Positions 1 to 12,902 of a stretch of DNA of 64,000 nucleotides are shown here, in pieces. The notes beneath the pieces were generated by a model. It had not been told where the DNA came from. It made no database searches and saw nothing but the letters and a program-made list of their open reading frames with translations. The translations under genes and the position numbers were made by a program. The stretch comes from Phaeosaccion multiseriatum (taxonomy: Eukaryota > Protista > Ochrophyta, other classes). The stretch covers positions 4,526,001-4,590,000 of the forward strand of contig OZ218950.1 of the NCBI GenBank assembly GCA_965112735.1, read 5' to 3'. Each line of letters starts with the position of its first letter. The first letter of the stretch is position 1.

Positions 1-860
1 GTGTCAGGGATGGTAAAAAAGAAGAAAAAGTGAACAACTTGAACCCTTCCCAGCATCTGTGAGTGGTGCCCCTCCCCTCATGTTCACACAACGCAACGCA
101 GCGCATCGCTCCCCTTCCCCTCCCCCTCCCCTTCCCCTCCCACTCCCCCTCTTCCGCCCCCATACTCTCGCTCTGGCACCGTTCTGCGCAATAATTCATT
201 CCCCACCCCCCTGACCCCCCCCCTCCCTCCTATGCCTACTTCTCTAAAACCCTTCCCCGCCCCGCCCCTTCCAATCTACCGTTCTCTCTCCTCTCCTTTG
301 CTCTGTGACTCACTGATTTGCGATGTGAACGATCGACTTCCCCTCCGATACGCTTGCCTTTCTGACCCCCACTTTTCTAGCTCCTCCTCCCCTACGCTCC
401 TTCCTCCACTCCTGCCCTACCTCTTCTTACCCCTCCCGCCCTCCGTACCACCTCCTTCTGCGAGGGAGCAAGCAATAACGAACTGATAGGCAACGATACT
501 GCCGTTTCGTCACCTCGACAAAAAAGGGTTCAAAGCTGCACTTCGACCCCGTTTTCCCTCCTTCCCCTTTTCCGGCCTTTTCCCCAGTGGCTATGCCCCG
601 ACTCGCCAACCTCTTCCCTCTCCCACCAGCAGTACCACAGTAGTGGCGATGGATAGTACAGGGTTGGTTCATCGCCCCCTTCCCCCCTCCTCACCCGCCT
701 ACTCGCCTCGCTCTCACCTCTCGCTGGCCCGCTCAGGAGCTTGGAGCGTGTGGGCCACAAACACTCCTTGACCCTCAGCCCTACCCCAGCGGCGAACTCG
801 GCGAAGTTCTCCCCACCACCACCACCACCGCTGCCCCCACTGCATTCACTGCATGCCTCA

Positions 861-1245
861 TCATGAGACGACGGACGACATGAGGGAGTCCTCGTCGCTT
901 GTAGGAGCAGCGCCCCAATGCTGACTTCGTAATCCTTCCACGCGTCGTCCTCCTTCTTCTCCTTCTTCTCCGCCTTCTCCTCCTTCTCCTCCTGACCCCT
1001 CCTCCCCTCCACCACCACCACTGCCGCTGCTGTTGCTCTCGACGACTACTGCTGCTGCCGGTGCTCCCGCCTCCAGCGCCATCGAAGTTGAAGAAGAGGA
1101 AGGAGAGAATGATAGGGCCGGTGTTGGAGCGGGTGGGGACGGCGAGCGAGAGAGCAACAAAGAGGTAAACGATCCTTCGCTGCGGGGGCCCAACCCGCGG
1201 CCTCCTCCCTCGGACATTGGCATTGCCGCTTGCGATGCGTCTCCG

Positions 1246-1283
<38 letters not shown>

Positions 1284-2140
1284 ACTCAGCCCCGCCTCAC
1301 CAAGTGTAGACGCCTCGGCGAAGAGAGTCAAGGACAGATCCTGGGGCACCACCATGGCGGAGGGGGACGAGGAGGAGGGGCTCGCAAGCCGCGATACCAT
1401 CCCCTGCTGCTGCTGCTGCTGCTGCTGCAAGGGGGAGACAGGAGGCTGCTGCGAAGGCGCGCCCGACGAGGCAGTGGTGCACTGCAATTGCCACGACCCA
1501 TCATCAGACCGACGGTACTGATGGGCTAAGTGCGGGGACTGCTGCAGAAGCGGTCGGCCTTGAAGCAGTGCTTCCGCCCGAGCCCGAGACGAGCGCGTCG
1601 AGACTCCTCCCGCCGCACCACCACTGTTCGTGCCACTGTCGCTGAAGAAGCTTCTGTCACGGCTGCCGGTGCCGCTGCTGCGGCCACTGCCTCTGCTGCT
1701 GGTTGTGGTGGGGTTCATCATCCTGGCTCTCTTTGGTGGTGGTGGAGGAGGAGGAGTTCCCTGAGTCGGGTCACCGTCGCCGCATGACTGCTGCTGCTGC
1801 GTTTGCTGCTGTTCCTGTCGCTGAGACGATGGCGATAACGACGACGGCATGAAGTGGCTGTACGACAGCGGGGGCACCACGCGGTCAAGGGCCATCCTAC
1901 CCCCCATCCCGGGGCAGGAGGAGGCGAGGCGTCTCTCCTCCTGCTGCTCCTGCTGCTGCTGCTGCTGATGATGATGCTGTTGGTACTGCTGAGTGGCCCT
2001 CCGCGCCCCCCGCCCCCCCGGGGAGAGGCCTGGCAGTTCCGGCAGGATCTTCACCGGGGCGAGGGGTGATGAGGAGGAGGACGATGGTAAGAGGAGAGTC
2101 TCCGCATCGCCGGAGCTTCGACTACGGTGCTGCATTGAGC

Positions 2141-2174
<34 letters not shown>

Positions 2175-5100
2175 GGCAGTGCTGCGAGCCCGCTCTTGCT
2201 GCTTCGCTTCACGCTGCTGCTGTCGGGTGAAGGTCGCCCCTCCTCCTCCTCCGTTATCCGCGACGACTGTGGAGGGCGGAGAGATGCTTGAGCCCCCACT
2301 ACGTGCTCTGCTACTGCTCCTGGAGCTGCCGCTGTTGCTGGAGGAGGAGGCAGAGGCTGCTCTTCCTCTGCCGGCTGCCACATTTGATGTCTTCTTACCA
2401 CCCTTCTTGCTGCTGCTGCTCTTGTTGCCTCTGCCGATCAAACCAAAAGTCCTCTTGCCTCCCGACCCACCCGATGCGAGGCCTGTCTGCGCTGGCTTCT
2501 CAGACCCCAGAACGCAGTGCTCGAAGAAGCCCTTGGGTGCGCGGCTCTTCTTCTTGATGACAGGTGTCCAGTGCCTCTTGCGCTTGTTGGTGAACCAGTT
2601 GCTAACCTGACTGAACGAGAGCCCCGTCTCGTCCGCGAGCTTGTGCTTCTGCTCCTTGTTGGGGTAAGGGAACTCTTTGTGGCCCACGAACCAATTCATG
2701 AGGATCTTGAGCGTGCCTTCGCTGTAGCGAGCACAGGATGGGCTCCCGCCCCCCTCCTCTGAGTCCTGCCCCTCACCAGGGAAACCAGCAGCAAGAGGAG
2801 GAGGAGTACGTGCGCCGTTGTCGTCGTTGACGTTGTGGTGATACATGTGGGTGTCGGGCTGTGGCTGGCCCTGCTGAACGCGCGCGGCCTCGTCGCCCTC
2901 CCCCCACTCCTCATGCTGCTGACGTACCATCCGCCGCGGGTACCCTGCTGCCCCGCCTCCTCCCCCCCCTCCTCCTCCACGGCCCTCCTGCTCGAGGAGC
3001 ATCATGTCCTGACGTGGGGAGCCGAGATGCTCGCCACCGTCGAAGGAGCCACCCGCCCGTCGGAGTCGTTGGTACTGCATCCTCTGTCCCCGTCCCCGTC
3101 CTTGCGCCTGTCCCCGTCCCTGTCCCTGTCTCGACGCCCTTCCACTCGGAGAGGACGAGAGCCCGGGAAGACCCACCGGGGCACCTAGCTGCTCAGCCAG
3201 CTCCGCCGTCGCGGCGTTGGTGCTGTTGGTGTTGCTGTTGTTGTTGTTGTTGTTGTTTGCAGTGGCATCGTTGTCGTAGGCAGCAGCAGTAGCTGCAGTC
3301 CCCCTTCGGATTCTGTGTCGCTGCTGCTGTCGCTCTGCGCGTGGTGTGCTCCTCCTCATCTGAGGGGAGGTGGCCATGCCGTCCAAGGTCGAGGGGCCTC
3401 TATCGCCACCTGCTGAAGAAGGCGAAGATGTCGCAGCAAACCCCATTCCCCTCCCTGCCGCTTCCCATGCCTTCAAACTCTCCGCCGATAAGCCCTCCAT
3501 CGATCCACGCCTCCTTTCACCACCACCACCACCACCACCACCACCACCACCACCACCACTGGCACCGCCCGCAGGGAAACCACCACCACCGCCGCCACCC
3601 CCCGCTCCCCCATGCTGCTGCTGGTTTCCCGGTGCGAAGGATAGCCCCCCAGCAGGCCGCCCTGCTCCTGCTCCGAGCATCCCCTCCCTCTCCCCTGCCC
3701 CCCCTGCCTCTCCTCCCCCACTCATGGCGAGCAGTGCCGACAAGCTGAAGGAATCATTGCTAAACAGTCCTTCCCCTCCTGTTGTTCCTCCTGCCCCTCG
3801 TCCTGCCAGCGCTCCTGCTACTCCTCCTACTCCGCCTCCACCCCCGTTGCTATTGGCAGCCGCAGTAGCAGCCGCAGAAGCAGCAGCAGCGACTGGTACC
3901 CCCTCGGCGTCCCAAGCGGAGTCATCCTCGAGGATATCATCGAAGGCTCTGCAGAAGGCCTCCTCGGCGAGATTGATCTTCGCCAATTCGCCCGCCTTGG
4001 CCTCCAGCACCACGATGGCACTCTGCAGAATGTCGGACAGCGCTGAGGAGGAGGAGGAGGAGGAGGAGGAGGAGGAGGAGGAGGAGCAGACGAGTGAAGC
4101 GTGGGCGTGGGCGTGGGTTAGGGTGTGGTCGTGGGCGTGGGCGTGGGCGAGCGAGCGAGCAAGCAAGCAACAATCAATCAAGGAACGAAGCAAGCAAGCA
4201 AGGAAGGAAGGAAATCGAGAAAAGCCCTTCACGAGGAAAGCCAAGGTAACGAAAGCTCACCCAGCTGCAGCATCACTCACTTCCCATCCTTTTCCCGCCC
4301 CACCAGCCCCCCGCTAGCTACCCGTCTAAAAAACAAAAAATTCAAAGCTGCAAGAAAGAACCCGCGGCCGGCCCGTTGCTCAGCGTCATCTCAGCTCATC
4401 CTCGCGCTCGCTACTCGTCATCACAGTCTCCTTCGCAGCTGTCCTACCCAGTTATGTGGACAGAACTCGTCACTCCTCACCTTCATCTTCTTTGGCTGTG
4501 CGTCCACTGACGTTGCCCATGATGTCGTCATTCCAACCGCCGCTGCCGCTGCCGGTGGCGGTGGCGGTAGTAGCGTGCTGTCGCCGTGCCGCTGCTGCTG
4601 CTCCTGCTCCTGCTACAGGCAATGGTGCATTGTCAGCGGCCGCTGCCCCTCCTGCCCCGCATGTCAGGGCGTCGTTTTCTTCGTCGGTCGTGCTCCCCGT
4701 GTCGATGAAGTTGGTGGCCCGCATGCTCATGCCAGTGCTTACGCCCACACCACTGCTGGTGCTGCTCCTAGTAATGTTGCTGCTACTACCAGTGATGCCC
4801 TCGCCCCCGACCGTGGCAAGGCCTTGATCGCCGCCCCCTCCTCCGTCGCCACCGCTGACACTCTCCATCGCCGCCCCCGCCCCCACCCCCATTCCGGCTA
4901 CCGCCCCCTCCGCTCGTCTCCCCCTCGCTCTTGCGAAGTCTTGCGCCGCTCGTACAGCAGCGGCAGCGGCAGCTGCGGCAGCGGTGGCGGCGACGGTGGG
5001 CGTTTCTCCGCTTCGAGCCCCCTCCTCCTTCCTCTTTTGCGCCCCTCCGTCCGCGCCGACAAGAGTACTGCCCCCCCCCACCTCTCCCGCCCTCCTTCGC

Positions 5101-5991
5101 CCCCCTCCGCTCCCTCCGACAATACCGCTCATCCCCTGCTCCCCTCCCGCCGCGACAGGAGGATCCCGCTCATCCGCGGCCCCTCCCGCGCTCACTACAA
5201 CGGCCTCTCTCACCTTCCTCACCGCCCCTGCTGCGCGCTCGTGGTCGATGACATTCGACCGCAAGTTCAGCAGAAGCTCCGAGGGATCATCGAAGGATGG
5301 TCTATCCTCGAGCCGTGATGGTGGGCCCGTCTCCGCCTGCGCCTCCGCCGCCGCCTCCTCCTCCTCCGCGTGCTGCCGCTGCTGCTTCTGCGGCAGGTCC
5401 TGGTACCCTGCTAGGGGCCCACCAGGATCCTTCACGGGCGACGGAGAAGTGTCCGAGAAGGAGGAGGAGGAGGAGGGCCTAGGAGTAGCGGATGACGAGG
5501 AGGATATGGAGGCGGGGGAGGAAGAGGGGGAGGTGCTCTCGGGTACGACCTGGCAGGCTTCCTCGGGCTCCGCTGCCTGCTGACGATCAGGATGGTACGA
5601 GGGGGGCGCAGCAGGCAGCGGGCGGGTAGTTGAGAGGCCAAGTCAGAGCAAGAGGCGTACATCAGCGCACTGCTTCAAGTGTGACAAACAATGGGCTTTC
5701 AATACAAGGCGGATGGGCGTCTCCATCAACCTGCATAAACTAGTTGTCGAGTAAGGGACACAGCAGCGCAGCAGCAGCAGCGCCACAGCGCCCGTCGAGG
5801 ATCAGCCACACCAAGGTTTTCGCTCTCTTGTCATGCTCAAAGCCCCTTGACTAGACTCTCCCTACTCTCCCTTCTCCCTTGTAGGAGGGGAAGAGCTCAT
5901 TAACTCTCGTCTACGCACGCACCTCCGTCAAGTGGGGGATTGACGGCTCCCCTGCGACGCGCTCTGGACACCGCCTCAGAGTCGAGACCAT
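861..5991 (-). CDS. TALE-class (KN-type) homeodomain transcription factor, large and low-complexity; probable exons 5923-5991, 4481-5580, 861-4042
   Basis: Homeodomain at ~2565-2730: YSEGTLKILMNWFVGHKEFPYPNKEQKHKLADETGLSFSQVSNWFTNKRKRHW, with the TALE PYP loop and WFxNxRxR helix 3. The donor at 4480 and acceptor at 4043 are both phase 1 (EDE|ALSDILQ). The first exon and the exact C-terminus are less certain. Confidence 0.85.
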
Positions 5992-6693
5992 GGGAACCGC
6001 GCCGGCGCTGCTGGGCTTCCGCTGTAAGGGTGTGGAAGCCGCCACACTGAGGGCGCGGATCTTTGAGGTTGAGCTTTTTTCGTTGGAGCAAATCTCCTCC
6101 ACATACGCAGCAGACCCTGAACTAAACAACAAGTCGCTTTCAAACAGAGAGCTATGAGTGGTGCCCGCCCCCCCCCCCTCCGTAGCAGCGTAGCCCTCCT
6201 TAGCGTAGGATGACGATGTGTCAGATCAATTCTAACCCAAAGGGCTCTTGCCTACGGAGGCCTCCATAAGAAAATAGAGGCATACGGTGCCTTTTTGGTC
6301 CCCCTCCCACCTTTGTCAGTCGCGCCTCAATCTCGTCCTGACGCTGCTCGAATGGGTGCAAGGCGGCGGCGGGGCGTTGTGGGCCGTTTGCCCCTCGCCT
6401 CCCGACCTCCTCAACGAAACCTATTCCGTTTTTTGGGGGTCGGGCGGCGAGGGGGAGTGCTCTTGCAGAAATGCTGACAAGCAGGGAAGGGAAAAAGCGA
6501 TGAAAGCCGAAAGACTATGTGTCGATAGGCGTCTCAAAGAGCTACACGAAGAGCTATAGCGCTTCTCCCAGCGTCATTTTGCGGAGTTCGTGCAAAAAAT
6601 TTATTGGGGGCGATTTGGGCGATTCTTACGCAAATCGAATGTTAAAACAAGGTGGGAGAACTTAGAAGAAGTAGTAGTAGCAGTATTAGGTTC

Positions 6694-8094
6694 TCATATA
6701 TAGTATATGCGAACTAGTGTTTTGCACAGCAGCAGGTTGGCGTCGAAGAAGCCCGTCTCGATGGTGACCTCTCCGCTCAGCTCACTCGCGGACATCATCT
6801 CTTCCTTGTCCGCCGCCTCGATCGTCTGCTGCCACGAGTTTGTGCTTCCTGGAATCACGAACCCAAAGGTGAAGAACCACTCTGGTAGGAGGGGGCGAGG
6901 GGGAGGTAGAAGGGACGGGGGGGAATGTGTCACAAAATGGATTCGAGACAAAAGTCGCCGTGCACAGGGAAGGAGAGAAGGAAGGAGCAGCAGCGTATAG
7001 ACACACGAAGGGCGGGGAGGGGCCGACGCTTGCCTAGAAAAGGAAAAGGACTCAACGGTGAGCGAGCAGCATGTGCGTCCGGGCTTGCTGCAGCAGCAAG
7101 CGGCAGCTCAGAGCGCTCGTGGAAAACACACGTCTTCAGAAAGGACCCTTCGCTGACAAGTAGAAGTACATGCTGCAGCGACTAGTTGCTTGGGTACCAC
7201 ACCGACTAGTTGCTTGTGTACCACACCAGCGTCATTTCTTGAGTTCTTGGGCAAACTCTCTCCTCACCGGGGCCTCCATGGTCCTTCTCGACGCGCCCTC
7301 TTCGTTACAGATGCACTGCTGTGAAGCGCGAAGCCTAAAAACCCTCTTACCCTCACACCAACACGCAACAGACAGACAGCAGCAGCTGCGACCTCAACAC
7401 CTTGCCCTCACTTACCCTCGAGGCACGCGCCCTTGAAAAAAATTCTTTGCTCGAGGCGAAAGTTCTGTATCTCGCTCTCGCTGGTGAAGTTGATCTCTCT
7501 AGACACAGATCTGCACCTCAGTATCTCCTTCGGCACGCTAGCCTTCATCTCCTCACTGAAGAGCTTGTCCCCCCTGAACAATAAGTAGCGCAGACGAAGG
7601 AGAGGACAGTTGGAGAAAGGGGAAGGGAAAGTGGTTAGCGTTGTTCACCCAGTACGAGTGCTTTTTAACGCTATGAGTGACTTGACGCACCAGCTTGGCG
7701 ACTGCCACATGAGTTTGCCGTTGGAAGCATCCCGCATGTCCATCCAGTTTCTGGATAAAGAGGGTTACAGCAGCAGCATGGAGGGAGGAGGAGGGGTGAG
7801 GGAAAGCATCTTCGGAGTGAAAGAGCCATACGGGGGGGGAAGACGCCCAGCGGTAGCGGCAGCAGTAGCTGCAGACTCGACCCTTGGAAGGCTACCCCTT
7901 CCACCCACTTACATCCGGAATCCCTCTACTGTTCGCCTCGCCACTGGGTCGGCCGACACTTGCACGACACCCTCATTTCCTTTGCACAGCGCGGCTCGGA
8001 ACTCACGCTCCACCTCCTCGTCGCTGTCCTCATCTGCGGTGCACTCCTTCTTCGAGCATATTGTATCGTCGTCGTAACTCCCCTTCGCTTCCAT
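6694..8094 (-). CDS. PDE6D: PDE-delta / PrBP prenyl-binding protein (GMP-PDE delta family); exons 7913-8094, 7691-7750, 7416-7573, 6694-6881
   Basis: The spliced product reads ...GFRINWMDMRDASNGKLMWQS...VPKEILRCRSVSREINFTS...[39 protein letters not shown]...VRIYYI, matching PDE6D motifs. All introns are GT-AG with consistent phase. Confidence 0.93.
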
Positions 8095-8460
8095 CCTCCC
8101 ACTGGGGGGCGATCCTACGGGTCTTTGGCTCAATGTTTGTGGAGGGGTTTGAGATCGATCGATTAGGGGAGATGAGGAATTCCCCGCGTGGAGTGCCATC
8201 TTGGCAAAAACGTTGTGACTTTTGAATCGACTTTTACCGCCCCTTTTCTTTGGGGTCGGCCGATTGGGGGGTAATGTCGACCCATGAATGACGCGACGCG
8301 CTATCCGCTATCCGCTATCGCCGGCGCCAGCCGGCGTGCTATGCTATCGCCAGCGTCAGCCGGCTTTGGGGGGGGGGGGGGGGGCGTGCTATCCGCTATC
8401 GCCGGCGCCAGCCGATCCGCTATCCGCTATCGGGCCGTCCTCCGGGTTATATTACATCTG

Positions 8461-8493
<33 letters not shown>

Positions 8494-8616
8494 ATGTGCT
8501 AGCGCGACTTCAGTCTCTCTCTTGGCTGTTGCTCTGGCTCGCCCCGCTCGTCTGTCGAGCCTCCTGAGGAGGCAGCTGTACCTGCTACTACCTGCTACCC
8601 TTGCCCTTGCTAGCTA

Positions 8617-11600
8617 TCAAGCGAAATCCACCATGGGCTCGGTTAAGCTGTTTGACGCAGCAGCAGGAGTCCGAAGGGAAGCACCAGCGCTCTGGCCACC
8701 ACCACCACTTCGCACCGCCACACGCTGCTGCTGCTGCTGCTGCCGCAGCAGTGCTTGACCGAGCCCGTCCATGCCATCGCCGTCACCGTCAGTGCTCCCC
8801 CCTCCATCACCATCACACCCACCACCGCCAGTAGCAACACCCCCCACCGCACCACCAGGCCTGCTGGGGATAGAGTGAGGAGCGTCCACTAGCCTCAGCT
8901 CATCCTCGCCCAAGACGAAGTACCGCGTCAGCACCAACCCCAGGCCCGAGAGCAATGCGCACATGAGTAGCAGCGTGCTAATGCCGGCGTTGTGAGCGAT
9001 GGAGGGGAAGATGAATCCGGCGAGGACGGCTCCCGCCTTGCCCGCGGCGAGCGAGAGCCCCCCCAGGGAGGAGCGGTATTCGCGGGGGTAGGTCACCACG
9101 GTCAGAGTCACGTACGAAGTGTTGGGTCCCAGCGCTGAGAAGAAGTAGAAGCTGAACAAGAGAAATAGAAGGAGCGAGCGATTACGTGTACGTGTACGTG
9201 CGTACGCGCGTGCGTGGAGTGAGATCAGAGTGAACGGGAACCCCGAGAGGTGTTGGATGAGGCGAGTGAATATATGCATGCCTCCTTGAGGGGAAGCGAT
9301 GAGCGAAGGCGGGTCTTGCCCGCCAATGGTCACATGAAGGAGAGACATCGCATAAGCAAGAGAAAGGCCCTCTTCTCGACCACTCCCTCACATAGCACAC
9401 ACGGCTCTTCTCGCAATCCCGCATCCCATGCTATCAGAGCGGGTATGTGTGTGCGTGTGTGTGCGCGCGCGTGTGTGTGTGCGCGTGTGCGTGTGAGTGT
9501 TTTAGTGTGAGAGTGAGGGTGGGTGCAGAGATGTGCGGATGTGTGTGTGTGCGTGTGTGTGTGAAGAGAAAGAAAAGACGCGCGTGGACTCCAAGGGGCG
9601 CGGCGGGTGCATAACCAGCCATGCCCTATCTTCTTCTTTTGTGGCTACCTGCTGTACACGAGGAGAAGAAGCGCCTTGGAGAAGTCTTCCAAGACTGAGT
9701 GAAACAGTCCGAGGACGAGGAAGATGACTGTAGAGCGGTCAGAGGGGAAGAGGGCCGGGGGGGGCGGACCGGACCGGACCGGACCGGACCGGACCGGACA
9801 GGACAGGACAGAACAGGACAGGACAGGAGAGTAAGAGGGGTCCGATCAGGCATCCATCTATCCATCCATTCCAGAGACGGAAAGTGAGCAAGTGTCGCAT
9901 GCTTTGCATCGGAGCTCCACTCTTTGTAGAGCATGAGGTAGCAGTCGTTGTGCAAAGGTCTAAAGGGGGCGCAGGCAGGCAAACCGAGAGCCCTCTTACT
10001 AGTGCAATGTGGCCGGTCTTTGCGGCCCCACCCCACACCGGCACTGCCTCCGAAAGGAAGAGCACCTCCCGGAGAGGGCTCCTGGCGCTGTGTCGTGGAG
10101 CGTGTGTCTCAACTTTCGGCTCTTGCGATACGCGCCTCCCATCCACTACCTCACTGCCTCACTACCTCACTACCTCACTACCTCCCTCTCTCTCTCTCTC
10201 TCTCTCCCTCCCCCGAAGATGCGAGCTCCGTCGTACTCACCTGTCAAGAGGGAGAAGCCTCGCATTTGGATTAACTTGGGGCCTTCAATGTCCATCAAGC
10301 GCTGACAGAGAAAGTAGGCTGTGGTGGAGAGTCCGCGCACAACAGAGCGAGCGAGTACATGGGGTGCGAGGGGGTGCGAGCGAGTAAGTGCATGAGCGGG
10401 TGTAAGGCAGAGTGGCCAGGCATGGGCGCAGGCAGGTAGGCAGGTAGGCAGGCAGGCGAGTAGGCAGGCAAGCAAGCAGACAGGCAGACAGGCAGGCAGG
10501 CAGGCAGGCAGGCGGGCAGGCAGGCGGGCAGGCAAGCAGGCAAGCAGACAGGCAGGCAGACAGGTAGACAGGCCGGCAAGCAGGCAAGCTGGCAGGCATA
10601 CAGGTAGACAGGTAGACAGGTAGACCGGCAGGCAAGCCGACAGGCAGGCAGACAGACAAGCAGACAGGCGAGGATATGCGCGGTCGTACAGGGGCACTCA
10701 TCGCTGATGTGCTTCGCGTCCTGGCTTAGTACTCACTCACCTGGCAACGTCACTCCGTACGTCGTAAGCTCTTGAAACGCCAAGACCAAGACTGACTCGG
10801 ACACGCCGAACACATCGTCCAGCACTTTGCTCTCATACAGAGAGTTACCCCAGTAGATTACGTCTGTGAGCGGGTGGGTAGGCAAGGAAGGGAAGGGCGA
10901 GGTGCTAGAGTGAGCGGGGTGCGGGGGGAGGAGCAATTCTAGTCCCACTGGCCGGCGTGTTCAGGAGCCGAAGCGAGAGATGGCAGTGGCTGGCCAAGAA
11001 GCGGAAACAAGCAAACGGAGCGTGTGCAAGGCCGCGGCAGTAGGGAAGGACGCGAACTGCCCACCATGAGCTACCTTGCTCCATGAGTTTGTGGGTTTGA
11101 CCCTGAACCTTGAGCCTGGGCCTTGGACCCTTACCCTTGACCCCGAGCCTCGGTCCTGACCTCCTTCTTAACCCTGGTCCTTGATCCTGACCCTTACTGG
11201 CGCTGATCTTGACTCGATCTTCGGACAATGCAAAAGCAAGGCGCTGCTACCTGTGCTGCTCGTACTCACCGAAAACGAACGCCGCACCCGCGGTTCCGAT
11301 GAGCAGACTCCTATTCTTCTTGAGAGAAAGGGCGTATCTCAATCCGCGCTGGGGAGGTGCTCTACTGCCGTCGCTGATTCTGCTGCTGTTGCTACTGGTG
11401 GTCGCCTTGGTGGTCGCGCTGGTGCCACCTCCTGGGGACTTGAGCTCCTTGTAATGAGACGACGAGCTCAAAGCTTCTGTTGTGATGTTTCCGCCATTTG
11501 CCTCCTCCCTGCTGCTCCTGCCCCAGTTGAAAGGCAGCCGCGCACACGCTACACTCGCCTTCTCCATGCAGTCTCCCCCTCGGAGCTGCGGGTCAGTGGA

Positions 11601-12368
11601 GATCATATACAGTATGCTCGGCACCACCATCAGCCCCCCCACCAATATCAGCACTCTCCACAGCAGCTCGTCGTTGCCGCTCAAGGGCGAGTAGTAGGCG
11701 CAGAGGAAGAGCAGGGGTGATGAGAAGAAGCCGATACCTTGGGCTACCACCACCCAAGAAATAGTACGAACGGTGGAGTCCGGGAGCTCGCTGATTACCG
11801 TGGACAGAGACACCATGAGACCACCCGTTGCGATCCCGATGAGAAGTCTCCAGAGAATCAGCTTTGTGTATATATAGGGGCTCACAATGAGACTGTTCCC
11901 AATCGCGGACACCAAGGTCAAGGCGAGACAGATTAGCATGGTCCTGCGATGAGAACCCGACCAGTCAGAGAAGGCTCCAAACGCAATACTGCCCACCACA
12001 TTGCCGGAAATGCACGCAGAGGTGGCGAGGGTCACGCGTACGTCGTTGTAATCGTAGTCGTCGTCGTCTACATTGTCCAGCGCCTCCAGTATAACTATGA
12101 CCAGGTCGATGATAACAGCATTGAATGCAATCGCCGCAGCAGCCGCCAAGCAATTTGCTCGCTCCGCCGTACACGATAGGCCCTGCAGCTTGCCCGTCCC
12201 CCGCTCTGCTGGGTGGTCGCAATCCACATCCTTCTGCCCTTGCTGCACTTGCAGCTCCACCACGCGCGTCTGGGGGCAAACGTGGCGGGGCTGGCCGGAG
12301 AAAGACCCATGAGGCAAAGTATTAAAGTTGCCAGTGCCGTTGTTACGGCCCTCGTCTCCTACATCCAT
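8617..12368 (-). CDS. Major facilitator superfamily transporter, PHT1/Pho84-like (phosphate/sugar porter); exons 11270-12368 (start uncertain), 10741-10863, 10241-10318, 9649-9727, 8617-9151
   Basis: Multiple TM helices plus GSIAFGAFSDWSG, WRLLIGIATGG, LLWRVL and GPNTSY...YPREYRSSLGGLSLAAGKAGA. The four introns are phase-consistent. Confidence 0.85.
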
Positions 12369-12902
12369 GCTTTGGCGATCCTTGGCTCGGTCTTTTCCTC
12401 CATTGATGTAACGGATTCAAATTCGATATCGATTTTAGAATCGCTTTCGAGGCTGCTTTTTTTTTTTTTTTTTTTTTTTGTTCTCGTTCTCTTTCCAACC
12501 AACCCTATTATACGCCACCATATTGCAGAGGAGGGTGGTGGCGAGAGGACGACCTCCGCCAGTAATAAACAGCCGCAGGTCCCCATCCAAAGTCGACACG
12601 CGCTCTCCTCTACCCGGTGTCCAGCTTACAAGACACAAACGATCAATCAGGAACAAACGCCACCTCCCTCGTCGCCTTGCCATCCAGGACAGCCCCGAGA
12701 AGACACCACTCTAGGCTGTCCTGGTGGCTGTTTCACGAGCACCTCCTCCCTCGCTGCTACGCCAGCACAGCTTCCTTACTACCACCACCGGAGCCTCTCT
12801 CTCCCGTGCACGGGAGGGTGAGACGCAGCTGCACACCCACCCCAGCTGCCAAGTCCTTGACCCAAAAAATAACCATCTCACTGCTCACGTTCTCTCTCTC
12901 TC

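Noticed and set aside
530-1021. 163-aa minus-strand ORF as an independent gene
   Set aside because: No ATG start or domain; it could be an alternative or frameshifted C-terminus of the homeobox gene, but this cannot be supported.
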